DNA of 64,000 nt from Mobula hypostoma (Eukaryota): the NCBI RefSeq assembly GCF_963921235.1, contig NC_086112.1:62992001-63056000 (forward strand). Direction: 5' to 3'. The notes beneath the pieces were generated by a model. The model was given only the letters and a program-made list of their open reading frames with translations, was not told the DNA's origin and searched no databases. The position numbers were made by a program, and so were the translations under genes. Below are positions 51,301-63,690 of this stretch, piece by piece (position 1 is the first letter of the stretch; every line of letters begins with the position of its first letter).

Positions 51301-52335
51301 CTGTCAAGATGAAGCCACACTCAGGTTGGAGGAACAACACCTTATATTCCGTCTGGGTAGCCTCTGACCTGATGGCATGAACATTGACTTCTCTAACTTC
51401 CGTTAATGCCCCTACTCCCCTTCTTACCCCATTTCTAAATTATTAATTAATTAATTCTCTCTCTCTCTTTCCCTCTCACAATAACTCCTTGCCTGTTCTC
51501 CATCTTCCTCTGGTGCTCCCCTCCCCCTTTCTTTCTTCCAAGGCCTCCTGTCCCGCGATATTCCTCCTTCTCCAGCCTTGTATCCCTTTTGCCAATCACC
51601 TGTCCAACTCTTGGCTCCATCCCTCCCCCTCTTGTCTTCTCCTATCATTTTGGATCTCCCCCTCCCCCTCCCACTTTCAAATCTCTTACTATCTCTTTTT
51701 TCCATTCGTCCTGATGAAGGATCTTGGCCCGAAATGTCGACTGTACTTCTTCCTATAAATGCTGCCTGGCCTGCTGCATTTCACCAGCATTTTGTGTGTG
51801 TTGCTTGAGTTTCCAGCATCTGCAGATTTCCTCGTGTTTGTATTTTTATGTGTTTTACTTTGTTACACGTTCTGCAAGTTTCTCCTTTAAAGCTGCATTG
51901 ATCTGGAGTATGTGAGTTCCTGCCACAAAGGTACTCTGCCAGGCAGGTTTCTGTTTCATGCTCACTTCCATACCCGACTGCAACTCATTTGCATCTCTGC
52001 CTGCCATTTCTATTGAAGCAGTGATTTCAACTGCTCTATTAAATGTGAGTTCTGCTTCAGTTAAGAACTGAACTCTTGTAAGTGTATCCTTACAAGATTT
52101 CACAAAATAAGTGATCTCTCAGTACATCATTAAACCCATCACTGAATTGACAACGCTCAGTTAATCTCTTCAATTCAGCCACGTAAGCAGAATTGGATGC
52201 CTCTTCCTTTTGATTCTGCTTATAAAACCTAAAGTGTTCTGCAATCAACAATAATTTCAGTTCTAAATGTTCCTGCATTACTTTCATGATATCAGCAATA
52301 CACATTTCAGCTGGTTTGGTTGGAGTAGTTAGGTG
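48371..52335 (-). mobile_element. Degenerate Gypsy (Mag-type) element: gag, RT, RNase H, integrase and 3' LTR (48371-48608); 5' LTR absent
   Basis: Gag reads LLIAEHFRFYKQNQKE..S.SAYVAELKRLTERCQF. Integrase reads VLDELHVGH, VSDNGPQF and ALYHPATNGSVEWFVQS. The LTR runs TGT..ACA. Confidence 0.9.
51023..51840. mobile_element. Palindromic Penelope insertion (short - arm, longer + arm), 12-bp TSD, hammerheads at 51082-51117 (-) and 51707-51742 (+)
   Basis: The TSD tatttttatgtg lies at 51011-51022 and 51841-51852. The arms join near 51220. The + arm encodes the GIY-YIG C-terminus QDLPVATHYNS...EEQHLIFRLGSL. Confidence 0.93.
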
Positions 52336-52529
52336 ACATTGGTATAAATAAGAGAATTACAGTGGATAGAAACTTAAAACGTGTTCTGGTATTTCAAGTT
52401 TGTAGTTCATTAATTTGGATAGCAATGAATAAATATAGACTTCAAATTGATGAGTTGCTGCAGTTTGTGAGTGTACAGATTTTGACCTTGAATCTGACAT
52501 CTACCCACACATTAATATTGTGAATTTTT

Positions 52530-54350
52530 ACAGCACAGAAACAGGTCTAATCTATTTTTCTGTCTAGTCCCATCTACTTGCACATGGATAATAGCCCTCC
52601 ATATCCTTCTCATCCATGTACCTATCCAAGATTATCTTAAAGCTTGCACTCAAACCCACATCCATCACTCCTGCTGGCAGCTTGTTGCACATTCAAACCA
52701 CTGTCTAAGTGAAGAAGTTCCCCTTAAATATTTCACTTTTACCCTAAGTCTGGTGTCATCCATATATTTGTGACATTATAAATCATTAATGTAGATGTTA
52801 AACAGTAATGAACCCAGTACTGATCCTTGTGGTACACCACAAGTCACATGCCTCCAGTCAGGGAGACAACAGAGAGAAAACTCTCTGTTTTCTCCCACTA
52901 AATCAATGGTGAATCCAAGTCACTACTTCTTCTTGAATGCAAAACAATTTAACCTTCTGGACCAGCCTCCCATGTGTGATTTAGTCAAAAGCCCTACTAA
53001 AGTCCATGTAGACAATGTCCACCATTTTTCCTTCATCAACCTCTTAAAAAAAACTCTGTAAGATTGGTTAGATACAACTTACTGTGCACAAAGCCATGTT
53101 GACTATTCCTATTCAGGTCCTGTCACTTAGAATATCTTTCAATAATTTACCTATGACTAATGTCAGGCTCACCAGCCTGTAATTTTCTGGTTTATTCTTA
53201 GATCCTTTCTTGAATAATGGAACATTTGTTATCCTCTCATTCTCCTGTACCTCACGCGTGGCTAAGAATGCTATAAATATCTCTGCCAGGGCCTTTGCAA
53301 TTTCTTCACTAACCTCCTAAAAAGTCCGAGGGACACCTTGCCAGACCCTGGGGATTTATCTACCCTAATTTGGCTCAAGACACCGATTACTTTTGTAATT
53401 CAGATACAGTCCATGACCTCACTTCTCTTTTGCTTCAGTTCTAAAGATCCTGTGTCTGCTTCCTGACTAAATACAAATGCAAAAAATCATTTAAAATCTT
53501 CTCCATCTTTTTTTTTAGTTACATGCACAGATGACCAGACTGATCTTCAATTGGACCAATTCTGTTCCTTGGTACCCTTTTGCCCTCAATATATCTAGAG
53601 CTCGTTAGAATTCTCTGTTACTTTGTCTGCCACGGCAACTTCATCTTCTCTTTCAGCCCTCCTGAGTTCTCCTACATTTCTGATACTTCTGAAGTACCTC
53701 AATTGATCCAAACTGCCTATACCTGATATGGCCATCCTTCTTTGTCCTAACTGGGACTTCAATATACCCTGAAAACCAGGGTTCCCTAATCCTGTTAACT
53801 GTGTTGTTTATTCTAGCAGGAGCATACAAATTCTATGCTCTCAATATTTAACTTTTGAAGGCCTCTCGCTTAACATGGAAAACAGACTATCCCTTTGCTG
53901 GAAAACAAACTATCCCAACTCATACCTGCCAGATCTCCTCTAAAGCTGCCAAAATTGGCCTTTCTCCAATTTTGAATCTCAACCCAAAGACCATTCCTAT
54001 CATTCTCTATAATTATCTTGAAACTAAAATAGCCACTCTGGTTCACACTCACTGCAAGTCTAGAGTAACCCCCTCTCCCCTCCCCTCCCTTCCCGGAAGC
54101 AGCACTGGCAAGCCTTCCCCCAATGATATTGCTCCCTTCCAGTCCTGCTTGTAGAGTTCCATCTTTCCGGGAAGACAGCCTAATATTCCAAAAATCTGAA
54201 GACCACCCCCCCCCCGCCCCACACCATCTCCATGTCCATATATTAAACTGCATTATGTTCCTATTTCTAGCCTCACCAGCACGTGGCAGGAGAGGGAATC
54301 TTGAAATCACCACCCCGGAGGTCCCAAGTTTAGCACCGAAGTCTCAGAAC
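52530..54350 (-). mobile_element. CR1 LINE, internally deleted
   Basis: It contains IQNWRKANFGSFRGDLAGMSWD, DKSPGSG-like and VYMDFS remnants, and a CR1-type 3' end near 52530. Confidence 0.8.
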
Positions 54351-57300
54351 TCACTTTCTGTTACCTGGGGAAAGTATCGCTTAGAAGGGAATTCTACAGA
54401 AAAAGACAAAATCAGACAAATGCAGTGACTTTATCTTCCATTCCGCTACAACAGGATGATGAGGTGAAGCCCCTCGCGCTGTATTATAATATTCAAGCAG
54501 GATCTGATCTGCACATTCAGCCACGATAACCCCACAACCGGGCGGCAAACTCTACCTGACGGCTTGGCCAGGATCAGGAAAACTAACAAGACAGCAGATA
54601 CTGCTTGTGGGGGGAAAAAAAACCGAGTCCTTCCAATACGCCATCAGATTTCTGAGTGGTCCATGGACACTACCTCGTATTCCTCTTTCACACTATCTAT
54701 TTAATTTTATAACAAATTTCACGACGTACAGTATGACAGTGATAAGAAATCCGATTTTAATCCCCAGTCTTCGACCTGAAACATTAACTGGTTTCTCGTT
54801 CTATAAATGCTTCTTGACTGGATGAGTTCTTCCGACATTTCTGCTTTAGTTATAGCTGCGGACAGTTTCATGTTGAGGTCCCGCCCACAGAACTACCCTG
54901 ACAGGTTGATAGCTTTAAATAGCTCTGACATTGAGGAGAGACATGTTTCTCTCAACGCCAGAGACATTCTTCAGAACCAGAGACGTTGAATTTAATACTT
55001 TTGCTAACTTTTTAGTAACTTTATAGTTAATGAAAGGATTTAGAAATAATTCGAAACAAAAGCACTTTAAGCGTTTCCCTTTGCTTTTTTTAATCTGCAA
55101 TTTAGAATGATCGTTGAAACCATGTCATCCCGGTCCCAGTGATAAATTTCACTGGCACACGACCCGAGAGGTAATTTCCCCCAACCTAATGCTGGGGAAA
55201 TCTATCGAGACTGAAAGCGATGGAAAGCATCGGCGGATTCGGACCAGGGAGTTATTTCACATTGTTTGCCCACATCCGCTTCTCGTCTATTAACTTGGCT
55301 TTCTGTGGCGCTCGCTTTCCCTTTTCGGTATCAATCCCATTTCTGAAGCAAATGATCCAAAAATCAAGTTCTCCCTCATAACGTGAACAGGGGTCCTAAC
55401 ATGACATAGCAATGTAGGCGATGAGACCGAGGGCCTTCTATCTAAACAATTGGAGGTAACACGGGATGAGGCGAGGGAGCAAATTCATGTTAGTAACTTT
55501 TTGGAAAGAGCATAAAATTACCACACCAAGTTCAGTTTCGCCCTCGGCTCAGAAGTTTGCGACCCTGAAGTGTTTATGAGCCCTAGAATTCACTGGAGGA
55601 ATCCCCAGAATCTTGTTTGGCGTCATTTAGCTAGAACTGACAGAGAAAAAAAAGCGAAAATAAAAGCATATTTGGGAACCCAGCCATCCCAGAGAATCAC
55701 CGGGAGAGTCCCAGCGCATTAAAAAGAAGTTTAAGTGGATGATTTATTTTACAAAAACCTGAACAAAGATGTGGTTTTAAATTTAAATGAGGAGGAGGGC
55801 GTGGTTTTAAATTCAAGAGAAGGGGAAACCACTGGTTTAGTGCTCTCATCTGACTGGAAACTCGCTGGTATTGCACACCAGAAGTAATCACTCGCTGCAA
55901 ATACATTGTTTGGAAGGTCCTAATGACTTGAAAGGCGCCACGTGAAAGTTTGCTCAGGGCGTGGCTGGACTGTGCGCCGTGGTTTTCTGAATCATTTGTG
56001 GGTTTTTTTTCTCGTTAACGCGCATTAGTGTATGTTATACATAATCAAAGTTATTAAATGAGGTAATAAGTTTGCTTTTCGGCATTGGACTGCATTTAAC
56101 AATGGCCGAGGTGCCTTAAGAATAACCTCGGGAATATAAAACAGGCGTTTAATTAAGTAGGTCAAAGCAAAGATTTTAAACGTTGCGGCAAGTTTCATAT
56201 TTGGATTTCACAGTAACGAAGGGCGGCAGTGACAGATCTCATTTCAAACTTATAGTAGGTAGGCGGCAGGAATTACATAATATTTGCTTTTGTCCTTGAG
56301 GTTGGTGATCGCTACACAGTGACATTTCTCCCAAATCTTACCAATAACCGTATACATCACGTGGTAAATGTTAGACCAACTAATGGTGAAATAATTGATT
56401 ACATGGATGTGCAAAGCAAACATACGTAATACCATAGTTATATTTTTCAGATGGTCCTGGACATTTCCCTCGCTCAGTCGCTCTCAACGAGCTGTGTTCT
56501 GATTTGATCAACTTTTAACATTCAATACAAAGCTGTAAAATCAAACGTCATGTTAAGGCACTTAACAGTGGTTTGCTCCTGTATCTAAATAATCAAATTT
56601 GCCAAGTAAGTAACCATTAATCTTGTAAAAGCCGCTTTTAGATTTCTTAAATTCTTTGTTGCCATTTCGATAAGGGTTGTCTTCCCATTCAGAACACCAG
56701 TTGTGTGAATCGTATTTGAAGGTCCCTATAATCACTTCCTTGATTATGGCGAGGGTTTAATCTACCAGATTTATCTCGACTATCACAGTCATTTATAAAT
56801 AAATATACTGTAAACTTGCACCCAAAAGTGCATTCAAATTACCCATTCAGTTACGTATTCAAGACGTTATATCAAAAACAGCCGCCGAGAAAACGCATAT
56901 TTGCTTTATTCTGTGTTCATGTGGATCTTCCCCACCGTGTACGTAACGCCCCCTGTTGGACAAGTTGCGGCAGAGATGGACTAATTGCAGCGCCCATTTC
57001 ACCGGCTGGACCAGCTCGAATAAAGGGAGAAGAAGGGAACTAGAAATGAATAAAGGCGTTTAACTCCGGCACTGTGCCGCGCAGTCCCATTTCTATTTTC
57101 ACGGCTTGCATTTTCCTGATGCCTCCGGCACATGAATATTATTGATCACTTGGTATGACTGATACATTTGCCTTTCTACTTTAGCTGGCCCCATGTTCTC
57201 CGAAACATAATCATACGCAATCTTCACTGAGAATTATATTTCTTTATATACTAGTACGACTTGCTTTCCACTCGTTAAATTGCCTATGGTCCTTCTCTAT

Positions 57301-57641
57301 CTGTGGACTTACCAGCTCTACAATAACTCAGTGCTTCTGGGTGGGGGGAAAAAAGCGCGTATGTCGTTGAATGTGTGTGCGTTTGCCGGACTTACTGAAA
57401 ATGTGCATTGGTTGTGTATGCGGGGGTATTTGCGGTTCTTTCCCTCGTCTGCTGTGTTTGTCCAGGGCATCCTCCCGAGCGGCAGCACATTGAAGGTGCC
57501 GATCGCGTAGTCTGCTCGTTCGGTGATCGGGGGTGGAGAGGAGGAGGGGCAGGCCGTGGGGGGAGCAGCGCGCATGCTCGGGCGGCCGAATTCCCTCTCA
57601 GTAATAAGACACACACGCATACATACACACTCGTGTGTACA

Positions 57642-57725
57642 ATGTCCGCCATCGGCGGGGGTTCTGGCTCCACTCTCCCAATAAACAGCCGCAGCAACTC
57701 TGCTGTTTGTGCGGAGCGGTTGTGA
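57642..57725 (+). other. Candidate upstream ORF, 27 aa (MSAIGGGSGSTLPINSRSNSAVCAERL)
   Basis: The start context is acaATGt (A at -3) and the stop is 82 nt before the MLLT3 ATG. It is only a uORF if the TSS lies upstream of 57642. Confidence 0.4.
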
Positions 57726-57807
57726 GGGCTGTGGCTCTCCGCCGCCGCGCCCCCCCCACCCCTCCGTCCCCTACTCCGCTCCGCTCTGAGTGAGCGAGGA
57801 AGGGAGG

Positions 57808-57819
57808 ATGGCCGCCTCG
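57808..57819 (+). CDS. MLLT3: MLLT3/AF9 coding exon 1 (MAAS)
   Basis: The sequence is aggATGGCCGCCTCG|GTGAGT: strong Kozak, consensus donor, phase 0. It matches the 4-codon first coding exon of human MLLT3 (MASS). Confidence 0.9.
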
Positions 57820-58062
57820 GTGAGTAACCCACCCCGCCGAGTCGTCCGGAGCTGCCACTGCTGTCCGTTTACGTACATTCGCCGAGAGTTTTGTAAATTT
57901 GTTTTGCACATGTCTGACGATTGCATTAAGCATCCTAAACTGCATCTGTCTGGGTGGGCGAAAGAGCAAGGCACTTCCCGGCTGTTGCAGCTTCTGCTGC
58001 CGGCGCCCGGGCTGTTGCTATCCATATTGACGCGCTTCTCTGTCTATGTGCGTGTGTTTCAG

Positions 58063-58246
58063 GCTGCCGCTGTTCAGGTTAAGCTGGAGCTAGGCCATCG
58101 GGCCCAGGTTCGGAAGAAACCCACGGTTGAAGGTTTCACCCACGACTGGATGGTGTTTGTCAGGGGGCCCGAACACAGCAATATTCAGCACTTTGTGGAG
58201 AAAGTCGTCTTTCACTTGCACGACAGCTTCCCCAGACCGAAGCGGG
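58063..58246 (+). CDS. MLLT3: MLLT3/AF9 exon 2, YEATS domain N-half
   Basis: Bounded by a tttcag| acceptor and |GTAAGC donor. It reads [61 protein letters not shown]. The [15 protein letters not shown] and PRPKR residues match AF9 rather than ENL/MLLT1. Confidence 0.96.
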
Positions 58247-61200
58247 GTAAGCAGTCATGGATTTCTTTTTAGGATTTCTTTTCTGCCAAGCTCTACCTTG
58301 CTGTTTTTAGGTGGTACGCTTTTAAGCTCAGATGCCTTAAAACAGTCCCCAGGGACCCAGCGATTTAAAAATAAAATAAGTCTGTTGTGTACTGCAGAGT
58401 CTTAAATATTGATGTATAGGCCAGCGGTATTTTAATCACTCAAATGATATTGCGATGCAATCTTAGCACTTGAGCTGCATAGAGCAACTTTCCGGTGGTA
58501 TTAAACACTTGTGTACACTTTTAAATGATTGAATTGGATCGAGATTGAACTTGGTTAAGGAAACAATTTTATTTGGGATTCGCGTGTGTTTTGTCATATT
58601 GGCAGATGGAATCGGGCGTCTCTCTTTGGAGACGTAAAGCCTACCCCCTCACCCAAGAGTTTGCATCTTCTCTGCCTTAAGCTCCTTTTGTATTTGGTAT
58701 CAGTTTGTATTTGGAAAAGCTCCTGTCAGGTGCCTTCGCGAATTAAATTTTTATTAAATATACTATCGTTCCGCAGTTTCTTGTGTCTTGCTGTGTTGTG
58801 CTACTTCTTCAGACGATTCGACTCTTAACGATAATTTTTTTCAGTAAACTTTGTCGAATTAATTTCGTAGTCTACTTTAAATAAACGCAGTAGGCCAATG
58901 CAAACTTTGCTTAAGTTTTATACTTAGAAAACACCCACCTGCGGTTGGAAATTTAAGTTGAAATTAAACTAAGTGCGAGCAGTGGCAATTGCGAGCGTGG
59001 TGTTCCGTTCAAAAGAATTTTTCTGCAAACCCATCGAATCACAGACTACCGTGGGTATAAATGACCTGAAATTTAAAGTGAAATTGGCGAAGATTAACAT
59101 TTCAACGTGCACGAGAAATCTGGTTAATTTATGGGTCTTCAATCTGGCTCGAATCTTACGCTTTGTATGGTGTTAACTCATTAAGCAGAGCAAGATGTCA
59201 AAAATCCAATTGTACTTGGCAGACTCGATATGGGTCTTGTTCTGTCCCATATTTGAACCGCTTGGATAATAGTTTGGTTGGTCTGATGAGGTGAAATGTT
59301 TATAAATTGCTTGCCGAAGTAACTTGGATCGCAGTTAGCCGTCGATATAACAATATGAATGAAGTACACCGGGCGTTTTCAGCTGGCCCACAGCGGGTTT
59401 AATTCATGCAAGTTTGTCTTGTCTACTGAAGCATTCAAAAACTCTTATTTACCGCATTTTGTGTTAAACAACAACCCGCGTTACGTGTATGAAGACGCCT
59501 AGAGCCGGGTTATAGCGAGAAATTGGGACAGGATGTGGTGTGTGTATGTGTATTTGTTTGGGGGGGAGGAAGAGAAGAGGAACACGACAACGGTTTGAAT
59601 ATGTGATCTACTCTGGACCACAACGCATTATTAAAACACGTGCCCAATCATCAGCCGTCAAAGTTAAACGCACTTCTTAGGCGGAGAGGAAGTAGATTCT
59701 CCGTACAGCAGACTTTGCAATGCATCCTTCTGAATTCAGGCTGAACCCGTCAATTTTAAGTGATGTCTGCACTCCTCTTTCCCTGTCGTGCAGTCGGTTA
59801 CAAGTTGCGGCAACTACTCGCGAGAACTTGGAAGATGTATATATTCATATAATTTTCACTTTGTATAAAATGCGAGAACGTGGGCGTGTTAGGTCTGATT
59901 CTTAAAGTTCAGCTTTGAGAAAAGTTTCGCCTTTTAAGACAACTGATGTGAGGTGTTTATTGAAAGAGCTGAGGGATACAAATGTTGCATCCGATCATCT
60001 TTCTAAAATCAACAGCGGGTTTTTTTGAGATAACCTGTTAGTTTGAGTAAACTCGCATTCTAAATATTTAAACCTGGATAAGTCTGTTTAAGACATGAAA
60101 AAATTAAGAGCCTGAAATGTGTGTGTTTATTCAAACATTTACCCGTCGTTTAAATTGATGCTTGGCGTTCAATGCTAGACAGTCGCCGTGATTGATTAAT
60201 CAATTGATTTGGACATCTTTAGAGGGATACAATAGCATTGTAAATCAAAAATGATTAACTCTGTATTTGCCCTAAGTTTGTCATGCTGGCTTAACTCTGA
60301 ACCTAACCAAGAACCTCTGGTTCCTCCAATGTTGTACACTCCATAAATTGTATGGAAAGTGAGCCAGACGCTGTCTTCAAATTAAAAGTAAGCTTGTAGT
60401 TGTAGGATGCCTTGCAGTCGCGAGCCGACGCACTTCACAAATAACCCACTAAACATCTAGAAGGTGGGGTGGGGAGGAAAACAACTAAGTCATAAAAATG
60501 ACGATTGGAAGGCTTATAGGCGGGATGGCTTGCAACCTGAAAATAAATTGGCCAAGGTTAGGAAGTTTTGAATCTACAAAATTATAAAGGGGAAAAAAGT
60601 GAGATGAGTATGTGGTAGCTTTATATGTACAAGGAGAATCTGGGGTACTAGCACTGTGGTTATTGTGAGTCTTCATTTAAGCTGGCATTTAACTCTTGCC
60701 CTTGAGATACCCTGAAATTCTTCTTTTAGTTATTTTTGAAGAGTCACTGGCTCACACACTGCATTACAATGTGCTGTCTGTTTTGGAGGCACTCAGGGAT
60801 GACTATTGGCTTGGCAACTCTGAGGTATTGCTCCTTACAGCTCTGCTACCCTGCTTTCCAGCCCATCAAAGGCTTTATTTTATACATGATCACTTGTGTA
60901 TTTCTAGGTTGACTTGATTTAACATTTTTGCCCAATTGACCGATAAGAATTCTGAGGTACAATTTCTGGGGTTTGCTGCTAGTAAATGCAACTGCAGTTT
61001 TGTGAATAAGTCCCTCTACTTAGGGGAAAAATGGAAGTGGTTTTTTAAAAAAAGATATATATATATGCTTTTGGTGTTCTTGTAGTTTTTAATTGACTCC
61101 TCCAAAGAAGGAAACAAAAAATGTTTGGGAAATGACAGGAGGCTTGCTTTATGCAGTGGAAGGCTTCTGTCACAAGTGGTTTATAAATGGTTGGTAGAAG

Positions 61201-63084
61201 GTATGGAAGGATTTTTGGCTTGTGATCTGGAAATAAATGGAGATGTTACAGTTGAACTGTGATCTTCATGGAGTGTTAGTGAGTATGTAAGATAGCAACA
61301 GAATTTTTGGTGTCTATTATCCTATATTCCAACCTGTTCTTATAATGGAATATTGCAAACTTCAATTTTAAAAATACTCAGTGACAGTATTGTTTTCTGT
61401 TGTTTCAAAAGGTCTCCAGTCAAAAGTTTGATTTCTTTTGTGGTTTGCTTTCTTGATCCTTGAAGAATGAGCCAATAAAATTGTCACAATTAGATTGGAA
61501 TCCGGACTTTTTTTCATTGATTCATTGTGCACTTGCAGATTCCAAATTATTGTTAAACACAAGTCTTGACTACAATGATCTTATACTGGTAATGAATGAA
61601 CACATTTTTTAAAGTACTACTTTAATATAATTTATTTTTACTTAGCGTTTGTTTATTTGGACACGTGGTAGATTTGTCTGATTTTTAAAATCAGTTGGAA
61701 CAAACGACAAACCCTAGAAATACTCAGGCCAAGTCAGCATTTGCAAGAATAAGTGAGATTTTTAGTTGTAACCCTTTCATTTTCTTGGGCTTGTTTTATG
61801 CTGCATTTTTTTGTGCTGTAAATATTATGTGAAGCATAGACTAACTGTATACATGTGATATTTTGTAGTTTTGAATTTCTGATTTTCTCTAAAATTCTTG
61901 GAATTTGGCTAAGTTAATATTTATATTGAAACAATATAGAAGTGTTCTAAGTAATCTGTGCTTTCTATTTTTATATTCGTACAATGATTTATGGAAGATT
62001 TTCAAAGAACTTAAGCCATGTGCCCTTTGTGGTAATTGTCACAAGCAGTGCAGTTGTACATGGAACATCTTGCCTTTAAGCATTCTGTTGGTAATGAATG
62101 TACTCAGAACTACCACTGTGCAACCTATATTCATGTAGTTATGGTATACGTGTATGGTTGAATGGCATTTAAACTTGAACCTGTCACTGGCTAATTTACA
62201 CTCGTGCACATAAATTTTCATCTGTAGCACACTGTTTTAAAAACCGTTAACACTCTTGGGAAAATTTAGGAAAATTACTGTGTAACATTGCGTAAAGGGA
62301 AAATATCCCTTAGGTTCCCCTAAAGGACTTCAAACCAGAACTTTACTATTTCTGAGAAAGAAATGAAGGCGTAATGGCTTGTCTATTTAAAATAGTTTTG
62401 GTTTATAACCAAGGCTTTAACAGCAGTTGCCTGAAATCCCTTTCAAGTCAATGATAATTACATGGCATAAATCAGGGTAGTTGTAATGGAGGAAGAAATG
62501 AATGTATTGGAAATTGGGTTTGATTGCAGCATTTTAATATAGCAGTGCATGGTCCTAAAATTTGACACCTCAAGCAACCTGGGTGAGGAAAATTAAATTT
62601 TAATGAGTATAGCATTCTGTTTAGGGAACTGGGGAAGTTGCATGTTATGCTTTCATGTGCAGAACAGGTTCCATAAATAGTATGAGAATTTTTCTTTTAA
62701 ATAGATATTAATAACCCTTCATGTCCCCTTCCCAGTATTCCTAGAGCCTAAAAAGGTAATTGATGTGGCAGAACTTTTTTCCTATTGTTCAGAATTTTCA
62801 ATCATTTACAAAAGCCCATGCCAAGTTCAAGTTCAGTGCACTAGATGGCAGTCTTTTCCACAGATTTTGAATTTTAGGTGTTGTCCTATGTATCATTTCC
62901 TTATTTTCCATGGTTGATTTCAGAATGTTACAGGTTAATTGGTCCATCTTGAGGAAAACTTGTGTTGTAGTGCCTATTATTTTTTTAAAGGGAAATCTAC
63001 CCATTTAGATGTGTAACTAGGTGACTGTCTATTTTCAGAACTAGTTGTATGTTACTTCACTCTCATCTATCTGTAATCTGTTAG

Positions 63085-63690
63085 GGTTGTCCGTGGTCTC
63101 AGTGCTCCTGATATGGCCTCCTCTACACTGGTGAGACCTGACATAAATAGGGGTATAGTTTTGTCAAGTACCTCCGCACCAAACGTGGAATTTCCCCAGT
63201 ACAAACCATTTTAGTTCGTATTCCCATTCCAACATGTCGACTCATGACTGCCTCTCTTCGCCACGATGAGGCACCCTAGCGTGGGGTATCAACATCTTGT
63301 ATTCTGTCAAGGTAGCCTCCAACCTGAAGGCATGAACATCAATTTTTTTTCCCTTCTGGTAATTTTTTTTTCCCTTCCCCTTCTCTTCTCCACATTGGTC
63401 TCTTGCCTCTTCTCACCTGTCTTTCACCTCCCACTAGTAACCCTCCTTCCTTTTCTTCCATGGTCCACTCTCCTCTCCTAGCAGATTCCTTCTTCTCCAG
63501 CCCTTTACCTTTCCCACCCACTTGGCCCCTCATCTTCTAGCTGTCCACCTTCCTTTTTATTCTGGTGCCTTCCCTCTTCCTTCCCAGTCCTGAAGAAGGA
63601 TCTCTGCCCAAAACTTAGACTGTTTATACATTTTCATAGATACTGCATGACCTGCTAAATTACTCCTGCATTTTGTGTGTGTTATCTATC
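63085..63690 (+). mobile_element. Old Penelope 3' fragment in MLLT3 intron 2
   Basis: It has a degenerate GIY-YIG end (QHLVFCQGSLQPEGMNINF), a pyrimidine-rich UTR and a decayed hammerhead cagtcctgaagaagg..ccaaaacttagactg. Confidence 0.8.

Larger units (their letters stand above)
57330..58260 (+). promoter_or_regulatory. MLLT3 CpG-island promoter and 5' UTR (CpG enrichment extends about 55100-60450)
   Basis: The region is CpG-dense and repeat-free, with GC boxes, an NRF1-like gcgcgcatgc and a YY1-like ccgccat. It surrounds the start codon. Confidence 0.85.

Noticed and set aside
57790-58272. 160-aa single-exon YEATS ORF
   Set aside because: It reads through the 243-bp phase-0 intron 1. Consensus donor and acceptor sites define the real exons, and the frame stops soon after the exon 2 donor.
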